Virus record (IMG/VR): IMGVR_UViG_3300044723_009336
Location: 6,007 to 70,006 of that record
DNA length: 64,000 nt
DNA from: a virus
Direction: 5' to 3' (one strand)
Below are positions 55,227-64,000 of this stretch, in pieces. Positions within the stretch are counted from its first letter, which is position 1; the number at the start of each line of letters is the position of its first letter. The position numbers were made by a program, and so were the translations under genes. The notes beneath the pieces are model-generated. The model saw only the letters and a program-made list of their open reading frames with translations. It searched no databases and was not told the DNA's origin.

Positions 55227-56570
55227 ATGCATAACGTAATATCTTACGACAAGCTCGTAGAAAAATGGTCCCCAGTTCTGAATGAAGAGTCTGCGGGTAC
55301 TATCAAAGATCATCACAGAAAAGCAGTTACTGCTGCAATTCTAGAAAACCAAGAAGTCGCTTTACGTGAGCAAAACTTAATGGAAGGACCTCCAAGTGGT
55401 GCAAATTCAGGATCAGTTGATAACTGGAATCCAGTACTTATCGCACTCGTAAGACGTGCAATGCCAAACCTAATGGCATATGATATTGCTGGGGTTCAGC
55501 CAATGTCAGGACCAACTGGCTTGATCTTCGCTATGAAGTCACGTTATGGCTCTGGTACAACAACTGCACGCGAAGCGCTCTTCAACGAAGCAGAAACTCA
55601 GTTCTCAGGTGATTCCGGTGGAACACACGATTCAGACGATGTATCAGGTTTTGCTACAGCAGATTCTGCTGGTGCAGGCGACGTATCTGGTGATTCATCT
55701 ATCGACTCTGAGCGTAATACTGATATCTTCGCTGGTGGTATGGCAACAGGTAATGCTGAAGCTCTTGGATCAGGTTCAGGCGCAACAGACTTCTCTGAGA
55801 TGGGATTCACTATCGAAAAAGCTACTGTGACTGCTAAGTCACGTGCTCTAAAGGCAGAGTACAGCTTAGAATTAGCGCAAGACTTGAAAGCAATTCATGG
55901 TCTTGATGCTGAAACTGAGTTGGCAAACATTCTGTCAACAGAGATCTTAGCTGAAATCAACCGTGAAGTTGTTCGTACAATTAACTCACAAGCTAAGACA
56001 GGTGCTTTACAAACTAACACAGCAATCAACGGTATCTTCGACGTACAGACAGATGCAGATGGTCGTTGGTCAGTAGAGAAGTTCAAAGGACTTATCCTTC
56101 AGATCGAAAGAGAAGCAAATACAATCGCAAAAGAGACACGTAGAGGTAAAGGTAACTTTATCGTATGTTCCTCTGATGTAGCTTCTGCGCTTTCTGCTTC
56201 AGGTATGCTTGACTATGCTCCTGCAATGTCAACAAACTTGAATGTAGATGACACAGGAAACACATTCGCTGGTGTACTTAACGGTCGTGTAAGAGTCTAT
56301 GTTGATCCTTACTCACAAACAGATTACATTAACGTTGGTTATAAGGGTACTAACCCATATGACGCAGGTGTATTCTATTGCCCATACGTTCCATTAACAA
56401 TGGTACGTGCTGTTGGTGAGGACACATTCCAGCCGAAAATTGGATTTAAGACACGCTACGGCATGGCTTCAAACCCATTCGTTGGATCATCACCAGCTGA
56501 CGGTTTAGCAGCAGTGAAGACTAACCAATATTACAGAATCTTCAGGGTTGACAATATCCTTGGTGCATAA
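55227..56570 (+). CDS. gp23: Major capsid protein gp23
   Basis: GVQPMSGPTGLIFAM, KSRALKAEYSLELAQDLKAIHGLDAE and FQPKIGFKTRYG motifs. Confidence 0.99.
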   Translation: MHNVISYDKLVEKWSPVLNEESAGTIKDHHRKAVTAAILENQEVALREQNLMEGPPSGANSGSVDNWNPVLIALVRRAMPNLMAYDIAGVQPMSGPTGLIFAMKSRYGSGTTTAREALFNEAETQFSGDSGGTHDSDDVSGFATADSAGAGDVSGDSSIDSERNTDIFAGGMATGNAEALGSGSGATDFSEMGFTIEKATVTAKSRALKAEYSLELAQDLKAIHGLDAETELANILSTEILAEINREVVRTINSQAKTGALQTNTAINGIFDVQTDADGRWSVEKFKGLILQIEREANTIAKETRRGKGNFIVCSSDVASALSASGMLDYAPAMSTNLNVDDTGNTFAGVLNGRVRVYVDPYSQTDYINVGYKGTNPYDAGVFYCPYVPLTMVRAVGEDTFQPKIGFKTRYGMASNPFVGSSPADGLAAVKTNQYYRIFRVDNILGA

Positions 56571-56591
56571 GTCTAGTAATAGAATAAAAAG

Positions 56592-56616
56592 AAAGGCAGC
56601 TTCGGCTGCCTTTTTT
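56592..56616 (+). terminator. Intrinsic terminator with cUUCGg tetraloop after gp23
   Basis: AAAGGCAGC-TTCG-GCTGCCTTT followed by a T run. Confidence 0.92.
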
Positions 56617-56629
56617 ATTATCTTTTTTA

Positions 56630-56637
56630 TATAAATA
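56630..56637 (+). promoter_or_regulatory. T4-type late promoter (TATAAATA)
   Basis: Exact consensus between the terminator and gp3. Confidence 0.82.
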
Positions 56638-56654
56638 GATAAAAGGAATATAAT

Positions 56655-57218
56655 ATGGCAAACTTAACAGAAAATTTTAATTATCTACAACCAACTTCGT
56701 TCAAGATTACTATTGATCGAAAGAACTTTCCTAATTTAGAATTCTTCTGTCAAAGTTTTGTACATCCAGGAATGATTATGAATTCGGTAGAAATGCCTTA
56801 CCAAAAAATTACTGGTATACCTTTCATTGGTGATAAACTTACATTCAATGAACTTCAAGCAAATATACTTCTTGATGAAGATATGAAATCCTATGATGAA
56901 ATGTATTCTTGGATGAGAAGAAATCTTGATATTGAAATGGTATCTCCATTACAAAGAACAAATGATCAACCTCCAGCAATGTCTGATATCACACTTTCTA
57001 TATTATCAAGTCATAATAACACAACCAAAACTGTTAAATATATAGACAGTATACCAACAGCTCTTACAGATATTCAATTCGAATCAACTGCAGGTGGAGA
57101 ATCATTTATTTCTTTTGGAGCATCATTTAGATTTTCCTATTTTGAATTATCAGGAGCAAGTTATACATCAAATGTAGATGGTTCTCCATCAATAACAGTG
57201 AATAGAAATCTGATATAA
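56655..57218 (+). CDS. gp3: Tail completion/tube terminator protein gp3
   Basis: NYLQPTSF...FFCQ, GDKLTFNEL...LDEDMKSY.E.Y.W. Position after gp23 as in marine T4-like phages. Confidence 0.85.
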   Translation: MANLTENFNYLQPTSFKITIDRKNFPNLEFFCQSFVHPGMIMNSVEMPYQKITGIPFIGDKLTFNELQANILLDEDMKSYDEMYSWMRRNLDIEMVSPLQRTNDQPPAMSDITLSILSSHNNTTKTVKYIDSIPTALTDIQFESTAGGESFISFGASFRFSYFELSGASYTSNVDGSPSITVNRNLI

Positions 57219-57221
57219 ATA
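57214..57221 (+). promoter_or_regulatory. T4-type late promoter (TATAAATA) before uvsY
   Basis: Exact consensus overlapping the gp3 stop. Confidence 0.7.
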
Positions 57222-57230
57222 ACTTTATAA

Positions 57231-57689
57231 TTGGAGTATATAATGATTGATTTGAAAAGCATCCACGATATGTGGAAACAAGACTGTATAATAGATGAAA
57301 TGAAACTTGATGAATCCTCCCGCCAAGCACCAATCATCCACTCGAAATATTTAGAATTACTATCAACTGTTAAACTACAGCTGAAACGTGCTGAGTTTAG
57401 TCAGAAAACTTTACTGAAACAAAAATGGTTATATTACAATGGTAAGATGGATCAAGAAACAGTCGTGGAACTTGGTTGGGACCCTGATCCTTTTAACGGT
57501 CTCAAAATACTTAAAGGTGAGCTTGATTATTATTATGACAGTGATCCTGAAATTCAAAAGTCTGAAGAAAAAATACAGTACTATAAAGCAACAATAGAGA
57601 CTCTTACAGAGATCCTAAATAACATTACATGGCGACATCAAACAATAAAGAATATGATCGAATGGAAAAAATTTCAGTCCGGAAATTAA
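57231..57689 (+). CDS. uvsY: Recombination mediator UvsY
   Basis: HSKYLELL, KWLYYNGKM...DPF.GLKILK and ITWRHQTIKNMIEWKKF. True start may be ATG 57243. Confidence 0.9.
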   Translation: MEYIMIDLKSIHDMWKQDCIIDEMKLDESSRQAPIIHSKYLELLSTVKLQLKRAEFSQKTLLKQKWLYYNGKMDQETVVELGWDPDPFNGLKILKGELDYYYDSDPEIQKSEEKIQYYKATIETLTEILNNITWRHQTIKNMIEWKKFQSGN

Positions 57690-59146
57690 ATCATGCAAAT
57701 TTGCATATACAATGTGAGAGTGGAACTGCACAAGAACTGAGAGAGTTTTTCTCGTTTTTTGTTCCAGGTTACAGATTTATGCCAATGTATAAAAATAGGC
57801 TATGGGATGGCAAAATCAGGCTATTTGATATTAATAGTGGCGAGCTTCCGGCAGGTTTATTTTATCATTTAAACAAATTTGCTAACTCTCGTGGGTATAT
57901 AGTTGAATCAGAGAAAACTAACTATGGGATGCCACACGAAAATGCTACAGTCGATATTCAGCAACTTGCCAATTATATTGACAGTCTCGGTCTTCCTTTT
58001 CGTCCTTATTCATATCAGCTATCAGGCATTGAAGAAGGTTTAAAACGAAAGAGAGCGATTCTTATATCACCGACTGGTTCTGGTAAGTCTCTTATTATTT
58101 TCATTTTAATTAAATATTGGTTACACCTTCTCACCAGTGGATTGAAATATCCGAAAGGTGGAAGAGTATTAGTGATTGTACCAACTACTGGATTAGTTGA
58201 ACAGATGCATGGGGATTTTAAATCATACGGTCAAGATGAACGTGGTATGCATAGAATCTATTCTGGTAAAGATAAAACATTTGATGCTGCTATTTGTATA
58301 TCTACTTGGCAGTCAATATATAAATTACCGAAAGCATGGTTCGAACAATTTGGTATGGTTATAGGAGATGAGTGTCACGGATTCAAATCGAAATCACTCA
58401 TGAACATTATGAACAAAGCAACCGAAGCAGAATATCGTTTCGGAACGACAGGAACACTTGATGGAACTCAAACACATGAACTGGTCTTACAAGGTCTTTT
58501 CGGACCAATACACCGCGTTACCTCAACAAAAGCCTTACAAGATGACGATACTCTCGCGCAATTACATATCAAGCGAATTATTTTGGATTATGGCGAAAAG
58601 GAACGATTGGACTTTGGACAAAGAACGTACATGGACGAGATCGACTATATTGTCACAAACACCAAACGAAATAACTTCATACGAAATCTGGCCGTAGATC
58701 AAAAGGGTAATACGCTAGTTCTTTATAATTATGTCGATAAACATGGCAAACCTCTCTTTGATTTGATTACAGATAAAGTAGACGAAAATAGGAAAGTGTT
58801 TTTCGTGTCCGGTAAAACAGACACTGAAGATAGAGAGGCAATAAGAGGTATAGTTGAAAAACAAAAGAATTCTATTATCGTAGCGTCTCTTGGTACATTT
58901 TCTACAGGGATAAATATTAAGAATCTGCATAATATTATATTTGCTTCACCAAGTAAATCGCAGATAAGGGTTTTACAGAGTATAGGTAGAGGACTACGAA
59001 AGAGTGAGGACGGATCTCCGACTACACTTTACGATATTATAGATAATATTACTAATAAAAACTTTGCCATGTTGCATTCGAACGAACGTCTTAAAATTTA
59101 TGAAAAAGAACAGTTTAACCATAAAACCTATAAGGTCAATATATAA
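57662..59146 (+). CDS. uvsW: DNA helicase UvsW (SF2)
   Basis: WDGKIRLF, SPTGSGKS, GDECH, GTTGT and QSIGRGLR. Start re-placed at ATG 57662. Confidence 0.96.
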   Translation: MEKISVRKLNHANLHIQCESGTAQELREFFSFFVPGYRFMPMYKNRLWDGKIRLFDINSGELPAGLFYHLNKFANSRGYIVESEKTNYGMPHENATVDIQQLANYIDSLGLPFRPYSYQLSGIEEGLKRKRAILISPTGSGKSLIIFILIKYWLHLLTSGLKYPKGGRVLVIVPTTGLVEQMHGDFKSYGQDERGMHRIYSGKDKTFDAAICISTWQSIYKLPKAWFEQFGMVIGDECHGFKSKSLMNIMNKATEAEYRFGTTGTLDGTQTHELVLQGLFGPIHRVTSTKALQDDDTLAQLHIKRIILDYGEKERLDFGQRTYMDEIDYIVTNTKRNNFIRNLAVDQKGNTLVLYNYVDKHGKPLFDLITDKVDENRKVFFVSGKTDTEDREAIRGIVEKQKNSIIVASLGTFSTGINIKNLHNIIFASPSKSQIRVLQSIGRGLRKSEDGSPTTLYDIIDNITNKNFAMLHSNERLKIYEKEQFNHKTYKVNI

Positions 59147-59637
59147 TGCCAGATATAAAACAATTTAAACTGACTAATGATGATGAGATCATATGTGAAG
59201 TAATACAATGGGATGATCCTGAAAACGCAGCGATGGTTGTACGTGGAGCGATGCGAATTATAGCTGCCGAAGATTATAATCGTGGCGTTCGCTTTTATGC
59301 GTTTAGACCTTGGTTATCGTTTAGTGATAGTCCCGAAGAATTACAAACATTAAATTCAGTGCATATTATTGCCGAAATGAATCCTTCATCGGCTCTTGTA
59401 GGTCATTATGTTAAAACTATTCAAGCTGTTAAAAAGACATTGAATAAAAAAGATTATCCTCTTGACACTTTAGCCCCAAAAGTTGAAGACATGGGCGAAG
59501 AAGAGTTTCAGGAATATCTAGATCAGTATCTTAAAGAAAACGATGTCGATTTGTTTAATCCCAATGATATTGATTTAACTGATTCTGATGCTGTCGATAA
59601 TATAATTAAATTTAAACCAAAAGGAACAATGCACTAG
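59146..59637 (+). CDS. Conserved protein following uvsW in marine T4-like phages (possibly Sm-like fold)
   Basis: KQFKLTNDDEIICEV...FRPW and a C-terminal NIIKFKP motif. Confidence 0.7.
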   Translation: MPDIKQFKLTNDDEIICEVIQWDDPENAAMVVRGAMRIIAAEDYNRGVRFYAFRPWLSFSDSPEELQTLNSVHIIAEMNPSSALVGHYVKTIQAVKKTLNKKDYPLDTLAPKVEDMGEEEFQEYLDQYLKENDVDLFNPNDIDLTDSDAVDNIIKFKPKGTMH

Positions 59638-60257
59638 TGGAAGACACCGCAGAGGATCTGGTTTGGAAATCGATTAAACCAGATCATATATGGATTCTAG
59701 ATAAATTAATTCTATCAAGAAAGCTTGGTTATAAGTGTGGACCTGTCGGAACCGATGTTCCTCGACCCGAATGGTATATTGTGAGACCGTGTGTAAATGC
59801 ACTTGGATTGGGCCTTGGTGCTCAAAAAATCTTTATCGAAAAAGAAACTATGCATTTGCCAGTTGGGCATTTTTGGTGCGAATGGTTTGATGGTGAACAT
59901 CATAGTGTTGATTATTTGCCCAAAAGTAAAACAAAAGTAAATACTATAAAAGGAATTAAATATTCCCATATGGATTTGGTTCAATGGGAGAAATGGATTA
60001 AAGTTGATCATAAAAAAGAACATATAATACCAGACTTTCTTTTTCCAATTATTCTAGATTATGAATGTATTAATTTAGAATATATTGGCAATAAATTAAT
60101 TGAAGCTCACTTAAGACCGAATGAAGACTTTAGTGAAGGAAAAGCCTCTGAAGAGTTTATTCCTGTATGGAAAGGACAAAAGACTGCACCTCCCGTGGGA
60201 TACCGTTATATTGATTACCCCGATGTTCATGGAAGGATTGGTGCGTTTGTAAAATAG
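59637..60257 (+). CDS. Hypothetical protein, possibly ATP-grasp-like
   Basis: LDKLILSRKLGY.CGP, YIVRPCVNALGLGLGA, FWCEWFDGEHHSVDY, INLEYIGNKLIEAHLR. GTG start overlapping the upstream stop. Confidence 0.55.
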   Translation: MEDTAEDLVWKSIKPDHIWILDKLILSRKLGYKCGPVGTDVPRPEWYIVRPCVNALGLGLGAQKIFIEKETMHLPVGHFWCEWFDGEHHSVDYLPKSKTKVNTIKGIKYSHMDLVQWEKWIKVDHKKEHIIPDFLFPIILDYECINLEYIGNKLIEAHLRPNEDFSEGKASEEFIPVWKGQKTAPPVGYRYIDYPDVHGRIGAFVK

Positions 60258-60287
60258 TATATTCTTTCCCCCTGGAACGTTATACTT

Positions 60288-60316
60288 ATTATACCATAAC
60301 TTTCTGTTTCTGTAAA
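60288..60316 (-). promoter_or_regulatory. Leftward sigma70-type promoter TTTACA-17-TATAAT
   Basis: Plus-strand TGTAAA at 60311-60316 and ATTATA at 60288-60293, exactly 17 nt apart. Confidence 0.65.
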
Positions 60317-60352
60317 CCCATTAAATTTTCATTTTATTTAAAAATAAAATAG

Positions 60353-60381
60353 TATACATTCCTCAATAATTACGATATAAT
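60353..60381 (+). promoter_or_regulatory. Sigma70-type promoter TATACA-17-TATAAT upstream of gp55
   Basis: -35 at 60353-60358, -10 at 60376-60381. Confidence 0.65.
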
Positions 60382-60398
60382 ATACATAATGAAAGGAT

Positions 60399-60998
60399 TT
60401 GATCATGGCTCGTACTAAAAGAAAAAGTATACATTATGTAAATAATGCAGACTTCTCACAAGCCGTAGTTGATTATGTTACGTTGGTTCGTGAAGCCAAC
60501 AAAAATAAAACAACTATCCCAAAAGTACCAGATTATGTTGCTCAGTGTTTTCTTCGAATTGCTGAAGGGCTTTCACATAAGTCAAATTTTATAAGATATA
60601 CCTATCGTGAAGAAATGGTCATGGATGCTGTTGAGAATTGCTTAAAAGCAATTAGTAATTATAATCTTGAAGCAGCAACCCGTACTGGTAAACCGAATGC
60701 ATTTGCATATTTTACACAAATATCTTGGTTCGCTTTTCTTCGAAGAATTGCAAAAGAAAAAAAACAACAAGATGTTAAGATGAAATATCTTACACAATCT
60801 GGTATTGAGAATTTTATTATTAATGAAAATGGCGATGATACCAGTCAACATATTGTAGATGCTTTTGTTGATACATTACGCGATCGTATTGATAAAATAA
60901 AAAGTCAAGATACTTTGGTTAAGGAATATGCGAAAACCGAAAAGAAAAAGAAAAGAACCGTTAAGGTTGATTCTGATTTGAGTGAATTTTTAGAATGA
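60399..60998 (+). CDS. gp55: Late-transcription sigma factor gp55
   Basis: HYVNNADF, YVAQCFLRIAEGLSHKSNF..Y.YREEMVMDAVENC and NAFAYFTQI..FAFLRRIAKEKKQ. Start may be ATG 60405. Confidence 0.96.
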   Translation: MIMARTKRKSIHYVNNADFSQAVVDYVTLVREANKNKTTIPKVPDYVAQCFLRIAEGLSHKSNFIRYTYREEMVMDAVENCLKAISNYNLEAATRTGKPNAFAYFTQISWFAFLRRIAKEKKQQDVKMKYLTQSGIENFIINENGDDTSQHIVDAFVDTLRDRIDKIKSQDTLVKEYAKTEKKKKRTVKVDSDLSEFLE

Positions 60999-62056
60999 AA
61001 ATAGCAGTACTGAATGACACTCACTGCGGTGTACGAAACTCTTCTGAGATATTTCTCAATAACGCAGCTGACTTTTATGATAACGTATTCTTTCCGGAAT
61101 GCGAAAAACGTGGGGTAAAACAGATCTTACACCTCGGCGATTACTACGATCATCGTAAGTTTGTTAACTTTAAAGCTTTGAATCATAATCGCAAACACTT
61201 CCTCAATGAACTAAGAAATCGTGGCATGACGATGGATATTATTCCAGGCAATCACGATACGTATTATAAGAACACAAACGATCTCAACTCACTCAAAGAA
61301 TGTCTTGGCCACTACATGAATGAGATTAATATTGTTATGGAATCAACAGTCATGGAATATGGCTCACTGAAGATAGCATTGATTCCTTGGATATGTCAAG
61401 AAAACTATGATCAGGTAATGTCTTTTATTAATGACTGTAAAGCTGACTGGTGCGGAGCTCACTTAGAACTTGGTGGGTTTGACATGATGCGTGGTGTACA
61501 ATCTCATGGTGGTATGAATCATAAACTTTTTGATAAGTTTGAGCTCGTTCTTACTGGTCATTTTCATACCGCATCTCGTAAAGATAATATATGGTATCTT
61601 GGTAGCCAAATGGAATTCTTTTGGTCTGATGCTCACGATCCAAAATATTTTCATATAATCGATACTGAAACCCGTGAGATCGAAAAAATTAAAAATAATC
61701 ACACTTTGTTTGAAAAAATTGTTTACAATGACGAGAAAATAGATTATAATGATTATGACGTATCAATCCTTGATAAGAAATTTGTGAAGGTGACGGTTGT
61801 GAATAAGACTGATGCTTTTATCTTTGATAGATTTATTGATCGTATTCAAAACCAAGATATCTATGAGCTTAAAATTGCCGAAAACTTTAATGAGTTTATT
61901 GGTGATAGTGTATCTGACGAGGGATTAGATGTTGAAGATACATATCAATTAGTTCAAGACTATATTGATAGTGTTGATACGGATCTTGAGAAAGATCGTA
62001 TAAAGATTAGTATGCGTGAATTAATGACAGAAGCACAGGCTCTCGAAATAGCATGA
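60995..62056 (+). CDS. gp47: Recombination endonuclease subunit gp47 (Mre11-like)
   Basis: DTHCG, GDYYDHR, PGNHD, GAHLE and GHFH metallophosphoesterase motifs. Confidence 0.96.
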   Translation: MKIAVLNDTHCGVRNSSEIFLNNAADFYDNVFFPECEKRGVKQILHLGDYYDHRKFVNFKALNHNRKHFLNELRNRGMTMDIIPGNHDTYYKNTNDLNSLKECLGHYMNEINIVMESTVMEYGSLKIALIPWICQENYDQVMSFINDCKADWCGAHLELGGFDMMRGVQSHGGMNHKLFDKFELVLTGHFHTASRKDNIWYLGSQMEFFWSDAHDPKYFHIIDTETREIEKIKNNHTLFEKIVYNDEKIDYNDYDVSILDKKFVKVTVVNKTDAFIFDRFIDRIQNQDIYELKIAENFNEFIGDSVSDEGLDVEDTYQLVQDYIDSVDTDLEKDRIKISMRELMTEAQALEIA

Positions 62057-63765
62057 TATTATTTAAGACAGTTAAATATAAGAATTTTCTTTCATCAGGA
62101 AATTCTTTTACAGAGATCAATCTCGACCAGACTAAATCCACGCTGGTTGTTGGTCAAAACGGTGCAGGTAAATCCACAATGCTGGATGCCATCTCATTCG
62201 CTCTCTTTGGCAAACCACATCGTAATATTAACAAAAACCAGCTGGTTAACTCGATTAATCAGAAAGCGTGTGTAGTTGAGATTGGATTTAGCATAGGAAG
62301 TTCTGACTTTAGAATTGTACGTGGCATCAAACCAGGAATCTTCGAGATCTGGAAAAATGGTACTATGATCAACCAGTCTTCTCATGCTAAAGAATATCAG
62401 AAGATCCTCGAACAAAATATCCTCAAATTAAATCATAAGTCCTTCCATCAAGTTGTCGTATTGGGTTCCTCCTCTTTCATCCCATTTATGCAACTTTCTG
62501 CAGGGCACAGGCGAGAGGTTATCGAGGATCTTCTTGATATTAACGTATTCTCCCGAATGAACCAGTTACTACGTGATAAGCAAAGTGTACTGAAAGATCA
62601 GCTCAAAGATTTATCTTACCAAATAGATATTACAAAGAATAAGATCGATACACAGAAAAAATATATATCTGATATTAAAACTCTTACCCAAGAGAATAGA
62701 AAAGAATATGAATCTCGTATTGATGAGTCCCAAAATGATATAGATCAATTACAACAAGAAAATGGCAACTTAAGTATCGGCTTAGAAGATTCAATTAAAG
62801 AAACTGAAAGCATACTTTCTAACTTGCATAACAAAAGACAATCTTTACTTCTGGGGAGTCAAGATACAAAGACGAAAGCAAGTGAGGTAGGAAAACGTGC
62901 TAAATTCTTTGAAGAGAATGAAAACTGCCCTGTTTGCGACCAGACGATTACAGATAATCACAAGTCCCATATATTAGAAGGATTAAAATCAGAGGCTAAA
63001 TCCTATAAAAGTACCTTAAAGCAAATAGGTGAAGAAGGTACTACAATCGAATCAAGTATTAAAGAAACAAATTCTTTACTTGAATCCTTACGTTCTAAGG
63101 TTTCTCAACTCAGTCAGAATAACGTAAAGATATCTAGTTTACAAAAACAAATAAAAGAATATCAATTTTATTTGGATAAAAATATAAGTGCTGATCTAGA
63201 CAATGCAACAAAAGATCTTGAGGATCTAAATACAGATAGAAATAATTTACTCGAAAACAAATTTGAGTTATCGGAGAACATATCTTATAATACAGTCATG
63301 GGTGAAATGCTCAAAGATACTGGTATTAAAACTAAAATTATTAAGCAATATCTCCCTGTGATTAATAAATTAGTTAACCAATATCTACAGGTACTGGATT
63401 TCTTTGTGCATTTTGATCTTGATGAAGGATTCAATGAGACAATTAGATCCAGACACCGTGATTCTTTTGTATATGATTCTTTTTCTGAAGGTGAAAAACA
63501 ACGTATTGACTTAGCTCTACTCTTCACTTGGAGGCACATAGCTAAGATGAAGAACTCTGTTGCTACGAATCTTCTTATTCTTGACGAAACATTTGATTCG
63601 AGTCTGGATCACGAAGGTGTGGATAATCTACTTAAGATACTCAATACGCTTTCAGATGACACAAATATTTTTGTCATATCTCATAAAGGTGAGATACTTG
63701 ATGGTAAGTTTAATGCTAAGCTTGAATTTAAGAAAGAAAAGAATTTTAGTAAGATGGTAGCTTAA
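62053..63765 (+). CDS. gp46: Recombination ATPase subunit gp46 (Rad50-like)
   Basis: GQNGAGKST, zinc hook CPVC, FSEGEKQRIDL and ILDETFDSSLD motifs. Confidence 0.97.
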   Translation: MILFKTVKYKNFLSSGNSFTEINLDQTKSTLVVGQNGAGKSTMLDAISFALFGKPHRNINKNQLVNSINQKACVVEIGFSIGSSDFRIVRGIKPGIFEIWKNGTMINQSSHAKEYQKILEQNILKLNHKSFHQVVVLGSSSFIPFMQLSAGHRREVIEDLLDINVFSRMNQLLRDKQSVLKDQLKDLSYQIDITKNKIDTQKKYISDIKTLTQENRKEYESRIDESQNDIDQLQQENGNLSIGLEDSIKETESILSNLHNKRQSLLLGSQDTKTKASEVGKRAKFFEENENCPVCDQTITDNHKSHILEGLKSEAKSYKSTLKQIGEEGTTIESSIKETNSLLESLRSKVSQLSQNNVKISSLQKQIKEYQFYLDKNISADLDNATKDLEDLNTDRNNLLENKFELSENISYNTVMGEMLKDTGIKTKIIKQYLPVINKLVNQYLQVLDFFVHFDLDEGFNETIRSRHRDSFVYDSFSEGEKQRIDLALLFTWRHIAKMKNSVATNLLILDETFDSSLDHEGVDNLLKILNTLSDDTNIFVISHKGEILDGKFNAKLEFKKEKNFSKMVA

Positions 63766-63768
63766 TGG

Positions 63769-63797
63769 TTTACAAATCTATCAAAATGTGTTATAAT
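63769..63797 (+). promoter_or_regulatory. Sigma70-type early promoter TTTACA-17-TATAAT
   Basis: -35 at 63769-63774, -10 at 63792-63797, upstream of gp45. Confidence 0.8.
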
Positions 63798-63823
63798 TAT
63801 TATATAATGAAATGGAGTATATT

Positions 63824-64000
63824 ATGGAACTAAGTGATAAAACATTATCAGTACTGAAGAATTTTTCTGGTATTAACCAGAATATAATGGTTCGTTCTGG
63901 CAATGCACTCAAAACAGTCTCTGAGGCAAGAAACGTTCTTGCAACTGCAGTTGTGGATGAAACATTTCCTCAAGACTTTGGTGTATATGACCTGAATGAA
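63824..64000 (+). CDS. gp45: Sliding clamp gp45, 3'-truncated (not in the ORF track)
   Basis: GGAG RBS. MELSDKTLSVLKNFSGINQNIMVRSGNALKTVSEARNVLATAVVDETFPQDFGVYDLNE. Confidence 0.93.
   Translation, partial: MELSDKTLSVLKNFSGINQNIMVRSGNALKTVSEARNVLATAVVDETFPQDFGVYDLNE

Noticed and set aside
15168-57661. Longer ORF-track starts at 15168, 30700, 31161, 33767, 37760 and 57629
   Set aside because: Downstream ATGs fit the RBS, TAATG/ATGA coupling or paralog N-termini better. The extensions overlap upstream genes or leaders.
47324-63765. Inteins, group I introns or homing endonucleases in gp17, gp20, gp23, uvsW, gp47 and gp46
   Set aside because: All are uninterrupted and of ordinary length. No intein termini or LAGLIDADG/HNH/GIY-YIG ORFs were seen.
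1-64000. tRNA, rRNA, integrase, transposase, photosynthesis AMGs
   Set aside because: Intergenic gaps are short (mostly under 80 nt, largest ~140 nt), and none showed a cloverleaf or the relevant protein motifs on inspection. tRNAscan was not run.

Overview
AT-rich segment of a T4-like (T4-superfamily) myovirus genome, most similar in gene content and order to marine cyano-/pelagi-myoviruses. All credible genes lie on the + strand. Order: baseplate block (gp25, gp6, gp7-like, gp9-like, gp8, a DUF4815/VrlC-like protein split over two ORFs); a ~31 kb accessory tail/adhesin region (13.4-44.5 kb); then the core block gp13-14-15-16-17-18-19-20-(two small prohead genes)-21-22-23-3-uvsY-uvsW-(2 ORFs)-55-47-46-45 (partial). 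The accessory region holds three fibre genes, each behind its own TATAAATA late promoter, and five LamG-like lectin paralogs. It also holds a podovirus-type fibre-assembly cassette, a coiled-coil protein, a minimal S74 chaperone, and a tandem array of eight six-blade Kelch-like propeller genes (48 blades with constant framework and Pro-rich hypervariable loops). The array is followed directly by four 2OG-Fe(II) oxygenase domains, a SAM methyltransferase and two small ORFs. Two signals stand out. (1) The propeller array plus enzyme cluster is a candidate adhesin diversification/modification system. (2) Many virion proteins show a marked excess of Asp-Ser (often DSA/DSD) motifs, including five in 33 residues of the gp23 variable loop, suggesting a modification sequon. 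No tRNA, CRISPR, intron, intein, integrase or reverse transcriptase was seen. All family assignments come from motif recognition by eye; no database search was run.
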